NCBI GenBank assembly: GCA_035693165.1 | Contig: DASSGZ010000649.1 | Span: 1-61,573, forward strand | Origin: Chloroflexia bacterium | GTDB taxonomy: Bacteria; Chloroflexota; Chloroflexia; QHBQ01; JAICKM01 | Direction: 5' to 3' | Length of the DNA: 61,573 bases | Part shown: positions 8,359-17,543 of the stretch, piece by piece | Numbering within the stretch: the stretch's first letter is position 1 | Layout: every line of letters begins with the position of its first letter | Translations under genes and position numbers: made by a program | The notes under the pieces: generated by a model | Databases searched by the model: none | Told to the model about the DNA's origin: nothing | Seen by the model: only the letters and a program-made list of their open reading frames with translations

Positions 8359-11300
8359 TTAGCGGGTCGGGCGCACGGGCACCTGGCCCGGCGCGCAGTT
8401 CAGCGGGAAGAACGTCTGGGACGCCACCTTGCTGACCTGGCCGCGGGTGATGTTGGCAAACGGGCGGAAGTAGAAGCCGGGGCACGGTTCGCCGGGCCCG
8501 CCGCAGGTGTAGCCGCTGATCACCCCGTGCAGCGCCAGCCGTTCGATGTAGACATAGAATGGGTTGGCCGCAGGCACGTCCACGAAGCTCTGCGTGGTCG
8601 GGCCGGGCGTCTCGTTGTAGCCCGCCGCGTTGGCGTCGATCTTGGCGAGTTGGCCGCGCGTCACGGCCAGTTCGGGCCGGAAGCAGGGCACCCCCGTCGG
8701 GCAGTTCGCCGCGGTGTCGTAGCCGTTGATGTAGCCATGGCCCGCCAGCCGTCCGATGTAGACATAGAACGGGCTGCCCGGCGGCACGTCGGTGAACATC
8801 TGGCCGCTGACCGCGTCGGTGAGGCCGGCGGAGTTGGCGATGATCTTGGCGACCTGGCCGCGCGTCACGTCGGCGGTCCAGCGGAAGGTGTTGTCGCTGT
8901 AGCCGGAGATGATGCCGCGGCAGTAGAGGCACTGGATGTACTGGTAGAACGGGTTGAACTGGTCCACGTCCGTGAACGGCAGCGGGCAGTTCACCGGCGT
9001 CGCCGTCGCGGCGGGCGCGGTGGCCGTGGCCGGAACAGTGGTCGCCGTTGCGGGCACCGTCGTGGCCGTGGCAGTCGCCGTCGCACCGGCCGGCGCCGTA
9101 GCCGTGCTGCTAGGCGGCACCACGGTCGTGTTGGTGGCGGTCGGCGGCACGGCGGTATCCGTCGGCGTCGCCGTGTTCGTCGGCACCGGCGTGTCCGTCG
9201 GCGTGTTCGTCGGCGTATTGGTCGCCGTAGCCGTATCCGTCGGCGTGTTCGTCACCGTCGGCGTGTTGGTTGGCGTATTGGTCGCCGTAGCCGTATCCGT
9301 CGGCGTATTGGTGGCTGTTGCCGTGTTGGTTGGCGTGCTGGTGGCCGTGGCCGTGTCCGTCGGCGTATTGGTGGCTGTTGCCGTGTTGGTCGGCGTGTTG
9401 GTCGCCGTGGCTGTGTTGGTCGGCGTGGCCGTGTTGGTCGGCGTGTTGGTCACCGTGGGTGTCGCGGTGGCCGGCGGGCAGGTGAACTGCACCGTATCGA
9501 TGCCGATGTAATCCGAACGCGCGCCGGTCGGGCCGCCGTTCTCGACGAAGTAGCGGAAGGCGAGCCGGCCCGTGGTGGGCGCCCCGATCCCGCTCAAGGT
9601 CACGGTGTACTGCGTCCAGGTATTCGGGTAGCCGCTGGTGGTGTAGGTGGGGTTGATGTCGAGCAGGAGCGTGGTGAAGTCGCCGACGCTGGTGGTCGTG
9701 CTGCCCACATTGGTGCTGCTGCCGTTCGTGCTCATGCGCACCTGCAGCCGGTCCGGGTATGCCGGCGAGTCGACCGTCCGCGTCCAGAAGGTCAGTTGGG
9801 CGCCGTTTTGCAACAACAGCGGCGCGGTCAGCAGCCAGTTGCTGATCGTCCCAGTGCCCGCGGTGTTGTTGAAGTTGGTGCCGATGTAGGCGTTGGTGGC
9901 GCCGGCTTGCGCGGGGAAGACGGTTGGATTGCCCTGGAACCACCCCGTCGTGCCCACCGGGTTGCTGTTGTTCTGCATGAACCAGCCCGGCAAGTTGGCG
10001 ATGTCGTTAAAGCCCTCGGTCTGGCTGCAGACCGGGTTGGGGGTATTGGTGGCGGTGGGCGTCCTGGTCGCCGTGTTCGTGGGCGTGGCGGTCGGCGGGG
10101 TGCCGGTGGCCGTCGGCGTCGCGGTGGCGGCAGCGCAGCCGGGGAACTTGAAGTTACCGATGCGGGTTTTCCAGTTACTGGTGCTCGTGGTGGCGTAATA
10201 CTCGGTCGTGTACCAGAAGGTGCAGTCGTCCACGGGGTCGACGGTCAGGTCGCTGTAGTCGCCCCAGCGCCCGCCCGCGCTGGTCTGGCTGCCGGTGCCG
10301 GCGAAGAGCGTGGCTTCGCCCTGGGCCAGTTGGTTCAGCGGGTCGCCCACCAGCCGCCCGGCGTAGCGGATCTGGGGGTTGATACTTGCGCTCGACGCAC
10401 TGAAGCCGACGGCCAGGTTGCCCTGTGTGTCCTGGGCCGCGCTGGCCATCCAGCGCCACGTGGTGTCAGGCTGGTAGGTGCTTTCCTGGAACACCGTCAT
10501 CGGCCCGGCGGTGACGTTGCGCAGCTCGAACCAGCGCACGCCGGCCACGCCGCCGCTGCTGACGGTGTAGTTGCCGATCAGCGACTCATGCGTGCCGAAG
10601 TTGCGATAGGCCAGCCGGAACATCAGCCGGTCGGCCAGGGAGTCGAGCTTTTGAGTGGTCCCCGCCTGGGGCACACAGAGGGAGTTAGTCGTACATAACT
10701 GCGTGAAGGGCGCGGCTGCGGGGGCGGCAAACACGGTCCAGGTGGAGTTGGCCGGCGTAGCCCAGTCCACGTGGAAGTGGTAGGTGTCGTAGTTGCCGGT
10801 GTCGGGGAAGGCGACGAAGCTGTTGGGCGCACCCGCCGGGGGCAGGGTCGAGCCGTCCAGGTCCGCTGGCAAGAGCGGAGCGAAGCTGCTGCCCATGGGA
10901 GCTGTCAGCGTAACGAAGCCGGCGGGCTGCCCGGCGAGCATCTGGGCGCGGTCGAAGGCGAACGGCTGCGGGCCGAGATAGCTGGTGCCCGCCGCGTTGA
11001 ACACGTTCATGCTCATGTAATAGGCGTCGGGCCAGACGCCCAGGTGCGGATAGTCGAAGAAGTTGGACCCCAGGTGGAACCCGTAGCGATACCAGGATCC
11101 GGTGGCGTCGCTGGTCGTCGAGATGGCGATGCACTCGTCGGTGATCGGAACATTACCGGTCGGACTGGCGAATTGCGAGACGAGCCAGCGGTTGGCGAGC
11201 TGGTCGTAGAGCACGACCGGGTCGCCGAAGCCGCCATTCTGGCAGGCGCCGCCGAAGCCGCTCCAGAGCGTGGAAATGCCCACCGGGCCCAGCACCGAGA

Positions 11301-11778
11301 CGCCGGTGGTCTTATTCCAGACCTGCACGCCCTCGTTGACCATCTGGACATACTGGGTGGCGCCGACTTCGCCGTTGGTATCGGGCGGGGTGCAGTTACA
11401 GCCCACGCCGGGATAGCCGATGCCGTCAAAGTTGAGGATGGTGCCGGGCATGGTCAGTGGGGCCAGCAGGCTCTGCACCACCGTGTCCACGCCATCTTTA
11501 TGCTTGAGGACCACCGCCCAGTTGCGGGGTGCTTCCTTCTCGGTTTCGGGCTTGGCGGCCACGGGCGGGATCGAGCGCAACGCGGGCGAGGTGTCGTTGT
11601 GGTAGGACGACACGGCCACCATGCCGTTCGCCAGGTTCTGGCCGCGGGCGGAGGTATTCCCCCCGCTGCCGGTGATGGGTGCGGCGGCCAGGGTGCCGTT
11701 GACCATCGTGCCCAGGCCCAGCACGGTCAGCAGCGCCACACACGCCGCCGCTAAGTACCGCCAGGTACTTTTCTTCAT
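8359..11778 (-). CDS. Secreted cell-surface protein, paralog C. The N-terminal domain is close to A, the middle domain is different (choice-of-anchor-J-like, tentative), the Thr-rich repeat linker is very long, and three SLH domains follow
   Basis: The first 34 aa are identical to A. Motifs [19 protein letters not shown] and [21 protein letters not shown] triple present. Confidence 0.9.
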   Translation of the reverse strand: MKKSTWRYLAAACVALLTVLGLGTMVNGTLAAAPITGSGGNTSARGQNLANGMVAVSSYHNDTSPALRSIPPVAAKPETEKEAPRNWAVVLKHKDGVDTVVQSLLAPLTMPGTILNFDGIGYPGVGCNCTPPDTNGEVGATQYVQMVNEGVQVWNKTTGVSVLGPVGISTLWSGFGGACQNGGFGDPVVLYDQLANRWLVSQFASPTGNVPITDECIAISTTSDATGSWYRYGFHLGSNFFDYPHLGVWPDAYYMSMNVFNAAGTSYLGPQPFAFDRAQMLAGQPAGFVTLTAPMGSSFAPLLPADLDGSTLPPAGAPNSFVAFPDTGNYDTYHFHVDWATPANSTWTVFAAPAAAPFTQLCTTNSLCVPQAGTTQKLDSLADRLMFRLAYRNFGTHESLIGNYTVSSGGVAGVRWFELRNVTAGPMTVFQESTYQPDTTWRWMASAAQDTQGNLAVGFSASSASINPQIRYAGRLVGDPLNQLAQGEATLFAGTGSQTSAGGRWGDYSDLTVDPVDDCTFWYTTEYYATTSTSNWKTRIGNFKFPGCAAATATPTATGTPPTATPTNTATRTPTATNTPNPVCSQTEGFNDIANLPGWFMQNNSNPVGTTGWFQGNPTVFPAQAGATNAYIGTNFNNTAGTGTISNWLLTAPLLLQNGAQLTFWTRTVDSPAYPDRLQVRMSTNGSSTNVGSTTTSVGDFTTLLLDINPTYTTSGYPNTWTQYTVTLSGIGAPTTGRLAFRYFVENGGPTGARSDYIGIDTVQFTCPPATATPTVTNTPTNTATPTNTATATNTPTNTATATNTPTDTATATSTPTNTATATNTPTDTATATNTPTNTPTVTNTPTDTATATNTPTNTPTDTPVPTNTATPTDTAVPPTATNTTVVPPSSTATAPAGATATATATTVPATATTVPATATAPAATATPVNCPLPFTDVDQFNPFYQYIQCLYCRGIISGYSDNTFRWTADVTRGQVAKIIANSAGLTDAVSGQMFTDVPPGSPFYVYIGRLAGHGYINGYDTAANCPTGVPCFRPELAVTRGQLAKIDANAAGYNETPGPTTQSFVDVPAANPFYVYIERLALHGVISGYTCGGPGEPCPGFYFRPFANITRGQVSKVASQTFFPLNCAPGQVPVRPTR
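9000..9480 (-). repeat. Coding tandem repeats ([10 protein letters not shown] / [10 protein letters not shown] units) forming the Thr/Pro/Asn/Ala linker of paralog C
   Basis: Near-identical GTCGGCGTATTGGTGGCTGTTGCCGTGTTGGT blocks recur on the plus strand. Confidence 0.85.
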
Positions 11779-12091
11779 GAGTCTCCATTCCTTCCTTTAA
11801 GGTAAGTCAAGCGATCAGGGAACTGCGAACAGTAAGGGGGTGCCCCAATAAAGCGAAGCTACAATGATTGCGGGTATACAAATCTGCGTCGCGAGGCGTC
11901 CGTGGGCACAAGCGGACGGCGGGGAGTAGCGCAGGCGCTCTCCGGCAGACTCCTTTGCGGCCGCCTACCCGCCAAGAGGTAGGTTCGGGCCGGTTACCCA
12001 GACGCCATTCTGCCTTGCCAGATGCAGACATGAGGGGAGGCCGGGGGATATGCAAGAAGTAGGGAACAGACACAACGGTAGAGACTACTGA

Positions 12092-12121
12092 ATCATAGCG
12101 CAGGAACGATTGCGCGGTCAA
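12092..12121 (-). promoter_or_regulatory. Promoter for paralog C: TTGACC, 18 nt, TATGAT
   Basis: The minus strand reads TTGACCgcgcaatcgttcctgcgcTATGAT. This implies a ~305-nt leader. Confidence 0.55.
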
Positions 12122-12132
12122 GAAAAATCGAC

Positions 12133-12170
12133 TAGTACTAATGCCAATTTCGAACCACCAATTAGTACTA
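12133..12170. promoter_or_regulatory. Two copies of the palindrome TAGTACTA within a 10-bp-arm inverted repeat (TAGTACTAAT-18 nt-ATTAGTACTA), just upstream of the paralog C -35
   Basis: Read directly. Same TAGTAC half-site as upstream of paralog A. Confidence 0.5.
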
Positions 12171-12323
12171 TCCTGCATGCTGGTAAGGGCCAGGGCACGA
12201 GGCGATGCGGGCGTACCGGACGGGCGCGCCCACCGGGGGATCGGCGGCGGACGGTGCGGCCGCGGGGCAACAAAAAGCGCCACCCCCGCGCAGAGGGGTG
12301 GCGCCTGGCGAGCCGGGCCGCGG

Positions 12324-13580
12324 CTACGGCGTGGGCGTGGCCGTCGGAAGCATCGGATCGGGCACGGTCACGACCGGCTCCGGGCTGCCGCTGGGCGACG
12401 GAGTCACGGTCGCCGCGGCAGTCGTGGTCGCTGCTGCGGTGGTGGTCGCCATCGGCGTCGTAGTGGCCTCCGCCGTGGTGGTCGCCATCGGCGAGGTGGT
12501 CGCCGTCACGGTGCCGCCCGGCATCACTGTTTCGCTCGGCGACGGGCTGGCCTCCGGTTCGGCAGTGCCGGTCGCCTCCGCGGTGCCGGTCGGGACGGCG
12601 GTACCGGGCGTGCCGGTGACAGCGAACGTGGGTTGGACGGTCGCGGCCGGGGTGCCGGTGTTGCAGTTGCCCGCGCCCTTGTAGCGCCAGTCGTAATAGT
12701 GCTGGCCGATGTTCGCCATCTCGACCTGCCAGCCGTCCGGGTTGGTCGGCACGTAGGTGAGCGCGCGCCGCTCGTACATCTGGATCATCACCGGCGTCAG
12801 ATTGCCGGCGATGGTGGCCTTGGTCCAGTAGGCTTCGCTGATCGGGCGCCCGCTGGCATAGAACCAGGGATTGATCACCTGGGTATTGGTAATCGTGTCG
12901 TTCATGTACACCGGGCCGGTCTGATTCAGGAAGTCCCAGAAGACCTTCGGGATGTTGTGCTTGGTCACCGTATCGAAGTAGGCATTCACGGTCCCGCTGA
13001 TGACGTTCATGGGCGGGTTATCGCTCACGTTGCCGTCATGATCGATGGTCTCGGTCACGCCCTGGCCGGTGCGGTCGTCGGCGAAATGGTCGCCCAGGGT
13101 CGTATTGCTGACCTTTTGCATCGCCCAGTAAGTGGGCGCGTTGGTGTCGCCGGGATCCCCCGTCGTGGGGATGCACGCGGGATAGCGGGTCACATATTCG
13201 TTGGTCCCCACCTGCATGCGCCCCGAAATCAGTTCCACCGTGAGCAGGCCATTGGTCACGTAGAAGGGATCGTTGGGGTTGCCCGCCGGATTATTTAACT
13301 CCATGCGGCTCTTGTCGAAATATTGCACCAGGCGCGTCCCGCCCTGCAAATCGCGCACCTCTTCGATCAAGCCGGGGGTGTTCGGTGACGGGCCCCAGAA
13401 CCAGGTCCGGTTGACGGTATGGTTGGCGACGGGAAAATCGGTGCGCGCCCACACGCCGCGGAATGCCGGGTCGGCAAATGGGATCGGTTCGGCGGCGGCC
13501 GTGGCGGTGGCAAAGTGCATCCCGACAAACAAAGCCGGCACGCTCAGCAGGGACACCCCCGCCAGCACGCGTCGTTTCAT
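12324..13580 (-). CDS. Secreted protein of unknown function with a C-terminal Thr/Pro/Ala-rich tail and no SLH
   Basis: Start moved to the internal ATG (MKRRVLAGVSLLSVPALFVG, signal-like) behind AAGGAGG. The ORF-track start at 13700 lacks an RBS. Confidence 0.8.
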   Translation of the reverse strand: MKRRVLAGVSLLSVPALFVGMHFATATAAAEPIPFADPAFRGVWARTDFPVANHTVNRTWFWGPSPNTPGLIEEVRDLQGGTRLVQYFDKSRMELNNPAGNPNDPFYVTNGLLTVELISGRMQVGTNEYVTRYPACIPTTGDPGDTNAPTYWAMQKVSNTTLGDHFADDRTGQGVTETIDHDGNVSDNPPMNVISGTVNAYFDTVTKHNIPKVFWDFLNQTGPVYMNDTITNTQVINPWFYASGRPISEAYWTKATIAGNLTPVMIQMYERRALTYVPTNPDGWQVEMANIGQHYYDWRYKGAGNCNTGTPAATVQPTFAVTGTPGTAVPTGTAEATGTAEPEASPSPSETVMPGGTVTATTSPMATTTAEATTTPMATTTAAATTTAAATVTPSPSGSPEPVVTVPDPMLPTATPTP

Positions 13581-13938
13581 GGTAGTCACAGTTTCGTTCC
13601 TCCTTGCGCTGTTATACCGAAAAGGGATTTGGGCGACTCCCAAAACTGCTGCACCAGCACGGGTCGTCGCGGCATGCACCAGGAGAGCGCGGAAGTACAC
13701 CCGCAGTCCTGGCTCCCTATCGGGTTAAACGGCAAGCAAGTTGCGTACCACATCCGCTAGTAGCCGCCGGTTGAAGGAACGAAATTGTGCAAAAGGCAGC
13801 CACATCCACACCATTGAGCCGCTACCGGAAGTCGCAGTGCTCTACCCGATCTGTGCTGAATAAGCGAAGTCAAGTATTACGAGAAGCTGTGATTCTGCTA
13901 ATTGTCTACCACAGATCTTCACAGCTTTTTCATGTTGC

Positions 13939-13956
13939 ATTGCTATACTTAGCAAT
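13939..13956. promoter_or_regulatory. Palindrome ATTGCTA-TACT-TAGCAAT overlapping a weak TTGCAT/TATGAT promoter-like pair in the low-GC spacer
   Basis: Read directly. The hexamer spacing (15 nt) is suboptimal. Confidence 0.3.
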
Positions 13957-14088
13957 ATGATCTTATGACTTCACTACCCTGTTTCTAGCCTGATTCAGGA
14001 TGCAAGATGCCTATAGCTTGCGTCTCAGGTTCTGAATCATGCGAGTTGGATAGGCAACGAGCAAACCTACTGGGATAAAGATCCGGCT

Positions 14089-14481
14089 ATGAAAGAACGG
14101 CTTACGAATGATCAGATCGCGCTTCTAACTATCGACCTGTTGCTCTTCGCAGGCGGTGCGCTTGCCCACTCGGGCGTAGCGATTCCCCTCGGGTTCGGTA
14201 CCTGGGTAGAACCTGTGATTGTGCCTGCAGCAATTGTCGAAGGAGCGGGCGCGGTGGGCCTGGCGGCTACCCTGCTGGGTATCGCAAGCCGCAACGCCTG
14301 GGCGGCGTCGCTTGCGTGGTGGGTCCTCTGGTACTGCTTCGCAGGAGTGCTCTGGGGCATGGCGCGGCTTGCGATGAGCTCTATCCCGGCAGCCCGCACT
14401 GTCACGAACGATTTCCTGCACATTGCCATGACCTTGGTGACCACGATTACACTCGTGCGAATAGCAAGTCGGCGCGATTGA
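14089..14481 (+). CDS. Small integral membrane protein (about 4 TM), unknown function
   Basis: Hydrophobic segments. Lower GC than the surroundings. Weak RBS. Confidence 0.6.
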   Translation: MKERLTNDQIALLTIDLLLFAGGALAHSGVAIPLGFGTWVEPVIVPAAIVEGAGAVGLAATLLGIASRNAWAASLAWWVLWYCFAGVLWGMARLAMSSIPAARTVTNDFLHIAMTLVTTITLVRIASRRD

Positions 14482-14502
14482 ACCGACTAAAGGAGTTAAG
14501 CC

Positions 14503-14892
14503 ATGAACAACCCAAGCGCACTATCCCTGGCCGCCAAGCTGACCATAATCGGCCTGCTTATCGCAGCCGCCGGCATCTCCACCCTGTTTCTCACCAATAG
14601 CGTTAACGTACCGGCCATCCCGGTAGGACCGATCCTCCTGCTGCTGACGGCCGGGCTGGTGGCGCTGGGACCGTGGCGGTGGACGCCCGTTGTCGGCATC
14701 GCCCTGTCGGTCGCGCTACTTGTCGGCGCCTTTATAGCGCCCGGCTTATTCGATCGCCTGAGCAACCCGGCCCAGCTAGGCGGATTCGCCGGCACAGCGA
14801 TCCAGATGCTGGGAATCATGATAGCTATCGTCGCCGGCACCTTCGCCACTGTGCAGAATTATCAACCCCGGACCTCCGCCACGAACACATAG
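14503..14892 (+). CDS. Small integral membrane protein (about 4 TM), unknown function
   Basis: AAAGGAG RBS 7 nt upstream of the ATG. Hydrophobic segments. Confidence 0.7.
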   Translation: MNNPSALSLAAKLTIIGLLIAAAGISTLFLTNSVNVPAIPVGPILLLLTAGLVALGPWRWTPVVGIALSVALLVGAFIAPGLFDRLSNPAQLGGFAGTAIQMLGIMIAIVAGTFATVQNYQPRTSATNT

Positions 14893-14997
14893 TCGGCGAT
14901 AAAAATAGCTGCGCCGGCCAGTCGTGACCGGCGCAGCCCCAGGGTAATTGACGTGTAGTGCGGCGCAGCCCCAGGCAGCACAATACCTCGCACGCGG

Positions 14998-15888
14998 CTA
15001 CTTGCCCGCCAACCGCGCCACCACCGGCGCGAAGTTCTCCACCTGGGTGTCGGAAATCTGGATATAGGAGAAGCCGTAGCGCGCCCGCTCGTCTTCCAGG
15101 GCCACGACCGCCTGATCGATGGTCAGCGGGCGCTTGGGGATGGGTGGCCCGCCCGCTTGCTGGGCGAGCGGCGCGGGGCTGTCGGACACGGCGATATCGT
15201 AGCGCGTCTGGCACAATTCGATCCCGGCGAACCGGTCGCCCGCCGCCGCGCGGATCCATCCCACCTTTTCGTCCAGCGATACGTCCGTGGGATCCGGCCC
15301 CTGGGGCGTGTATTTGAGTGTAGGCGCGATCATCTGCGCTTCCCGCGCGGCAAAGGTCAGCATCCGTTTGCCGCTGCTGCCGACGAAGATCGGCGGGTGG
15401 GGCTGCTGCACCGGTCTGGGCAGGCCCGGCAGATCCTTCACCGAATAATAGCTGCCGCTGAACGAGACCCGATCCTCGGTAAACAGCCGCTTGATCAGCC
15501 GCAACGCCTCTTCGAAGCGCGACACGCGCACGCCGGGCGGGTCGAAGGGCAGGCCCAGTTGCTCATACTCGCCATGGCCCACTCCGGCGCCCAGGCCCAA
15601 CTCGAAGCGCCCGCCCGACAGCACATCGAGCGTGGCGGCCTCGCGCGCCAGGATCACCGGGTGCCGGTAGTCGTTGGCGAAGACGTAGCTGCCGACGCGC
15701 AGCGTAGTAGTGGCCGTGGCCGCCGTCGCCAGCGCCGCGATCGGCGCCAGCCCGCCCAGCGAGGGCCGGTCGGGCATCAGCAACGTCGCGTAGCCGAGCG
15801 CCTCGGCCCGCCGCGCCAGGTCGATCCAGCCGTCGCGTCCGCGGCCCATGCCGCTGCTCACCACGCCAAAGCGAAACGGATTGGGCAT
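14998..15888 (-). CDS. LLM-class (luciferase-like) flavin/F420-dependent oxidoreductase
   Basis: MPNPFRFGV..., LGYATLLMPDR, GRFELGLGAG motifs. Start moved to the ATG behind GAAGGAGGA. Confidence 0.8.
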   Translation of the reverse strand: MPNPFRFGVVSSGMGRGRDGWIDLARRAEALGYATLLMPDRPSLGGLAPIAALATAATATTTLRVGSYVFANDYRHPVILAREAATLDVLSGGRFELGLGAGVGHGEYEQLGLPFDPPGVRVSRFEEALRLIKRLFTEDRVSFSGSYYSVKDLPGLPRPVQQPHPPIFVGSSGKRMLTFAAREAQMIAPTLKYTPQGPDPTDVSLDEKVGWIRAAAGDRFAGIELCQTRYDIAVSDSPAPLAQQAGGPPIPKRPLTIDQAVVALEDERARYGFSYIQISDTQVENFAPVVARLAGK

Positions 15889-16056
15889 TCTCGTATCCTC
15901 CTTCACAGAAAGAGATCGAACATTCTCGTATCAACCCTTATAGACTATGGATACGCCCGCGGCGCTGGAAAAGCATCACGCAGCCGCAGCATCACGCCGC
16001 CCGCCGGCGCAGGCGGCGACGATTCACAGCACAGCAAAGACCTTGCCGCCCGGCGG

Positions 16057-16086
16057 TTGACAAACGCGCGGGCCATCGGCTACGAT
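16057..16086 (+). promoter_or_regulatory. Promoter TTGACA, 18 nt, TACGAT upstream of osmC-like gene
   Basis: Read directly: TTGACAaacgcgcgggccatcggcTACGAT. Confidence 0.55.
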
Positions 16087-16134
16087 TAGAGGCCAGGGTG
16101 AAAACCACCCGCAAAGAAAGGCTAGTTCAGGGAA

Positions 16135-16668
16135 ATGGACGCGACTACTGTTACCTACACGCCGCAGCCGCCGCAGGGCGGGCCGGCGGAATCGCTGGCC
16201 GCCGCGCTGGCCGAACCGCTCTTGACCGGCCCCCACGTGGGCGAAGCTGTCGTCAACCTGCAAGATCCCGCCGGGATGACCTTCCGGGCCGTGCCGCCGT
16301 CGGGCCACGAGGTGATCATCGACACCGACCCCAGCCACGGCGGGCGGAGCAGCGGACCGGAGCCGCTGGAATTGCTGCTGCTGGCGCTGGCGGGCTGCAC
16401 CGGCATCGACGTGATGTCGATCATGCGCAAGAAGCGCCAGGTGGTGACCGATTACCGCATCCGCGTGGCCGCCGAGCAGCGCCAGGAACACCCGCAGATC
16501 TACACGCGCATCGTGGTGCAGCACATCCTCAGCGGCCCCCATCTCGACCCGGCGGCGGTCGCCCGCTCGGTGGAGTTGTCGGCCTACAAATATTGCCCGG
16601 TCAGCGCCATGCTCGGCAAGGCGTGCGAACTCACCCACCAGTACCGCATCGTGACCACCGGCTTGTAA
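16135..16668 (+). CDS. OsmC/Ohr-family peroxiredoxin-like protein
   Basis: GPEPLELLLLALAGCTGIDVMSIMRKKRQ and C-terminal YKYCPVS motifs typical of the OsmC family. Confidence 0.8.
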   Translation: MDATTVTYTPQPPQGGPAESLAAALAEPLLTGPHVGEAVVNLQDPAGMTFRAVPPSGHEVIIDTDPSHGGRSSGPEPLELLLLALAGCTGIDVMSIMRKKRQVVTDYRIRVAAEQRQEHPQIYTRIVVQHILSGPHLDPAAVARSVELSAYKYCPVSAMLGKACELTHQYRIVTTGL

Positions 16669-16697
16669 ATCGGGGCCGAATCTGGTACAATTAGGGC

Positions 16698-17168
16698 GTG
16701 AGCAAGCGTGAGGACGGTCGCCGGGACCTTGCGGTGAACCGCAAAGCGTTCCACGACTATAGTATCGAAGAAACCCTGGAAGCCGGCCTGGTGCTGGTGG
16801 GGTCCGAGATCAAGTCCTTGCGCGATGGCAAAGCGAACCTGCGCGAGAGCTATGTGCGCGTGGAGGGCGGCGAAGCCTGGTTGATCAATGCCCACATCGG
16901 GGCCTACCCCCAGGGGGGCACACACTTCAACCACGAGCCGTTGCGGCGGCGCAAGCTGCTGTTGCACGGGAACGAGATCATCTATTTGCGGGCGAAGGTC
17001 GAGCAAAAGGGGTTGACCCTGGTGCCGTTGCGCATCTATCTGGCGCGCGGCAAGGCCAAACTGGAGATCGCCGTCGCCCGCGGGAAAAAGCTCTACGACA
17101 AGCGCGAGGCCCTGGCCGAGCGCGATGCCCGGCGCGACATGGAACGTGCCGTGCGGGGCAAAGCCTGA
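16698..17168 (+). CDS. smpB: SsrA-binding protein SmpB
   Basis: NRKAFHDYSIEETLEAGLVLVGSEIKSLR...HEPLRRRKLLLH, and a tmRNA gene immediately downstream. GTG start. Confidence 0.95.
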   Translation: MSKREDGRRDLAVNRKAFHDYSIEETLEAGLVLVGSEIKSLRDGKANLRESYVRVEGGEAWLINAHIGAYPQGGTHFNHEPLRRRKLLLHGNEIIYLRAKVEQKGLTLVPLRIYLARGKAKLEIAVARGKKLYDKREALAERDARRDMERAVRGKA

Positions 17169-17182
17169 TACAGGCGCCACCT

Positions 17183-17539
17183 GGGGATGCATGGCTTCGA
17201 CAGGGGGCGAGGTTAGGTAATTGCAAGCCGAGGCGCTCTCACCTCGTGAATCCAGAGCAAACAACAACCGGCAAACAGCCTGTTGCTCTCGCTGCCTAGT
17301 ACCAACTAGCTCCGGCGACGTCCGCCCGTTCTCTTCCTGGTAGAACGGATCCGGGCGCCATGAACCAGGATGCTGCCGCGGGGACCGCCTGATAACCGCG
17401 ACAAAAGACCATCGGGCTGGCGAACCGGCTCTCCGTCCGTGGAGGTCCGGTGAGTGACTCAAATATACGCGGACTAAGCTTGTAGCATATTATCGGCTGA
17501 GCTTTCTGGACGGGGGTTCGATTCCCCCCATCTCCACCA
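17183..17539 (+). ncRNA. ssrA: tmRNA (SsrA), one-piece
   Basis: 5' GGGGAUGCAUGGCUUCGAC pairs with the 3' CAUCUCCACCA end and includes a G3:U wobble. T-arm GGGGGUUCGAUUCCCCC. The tag ORF ends ...GKQPVALAA with TAG at 17297-17299. Confidence 0.93.
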
Positions 17540-17543
17540 TCCG

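Noticed and set aside
9000-9480. A CRISPR array suggested by regularly spaced repeats. The heptamer arrays at 20461 and 61243 and the F3 direct pair at 20346 were also considered.
   Set aside because: The 9.0-9.5 kb repeats are in-frame coding Thr/Pro units with no unique spacers. The heptamers are too short. The F3 pair has only two copies and a 16-nt gap. No cas genes are present.
17505-17539. A tRNA-like T-arm and CCA end (GGGGGTTCGATTCCCCCCATCTCCACCA).
   Set aside because: It is the 3' tRNA-like domain of the tmRNA. It pairs with the 5' end at 17183 and has no anticodon arm. I found no independent tRNA or rRNA genes in the window.
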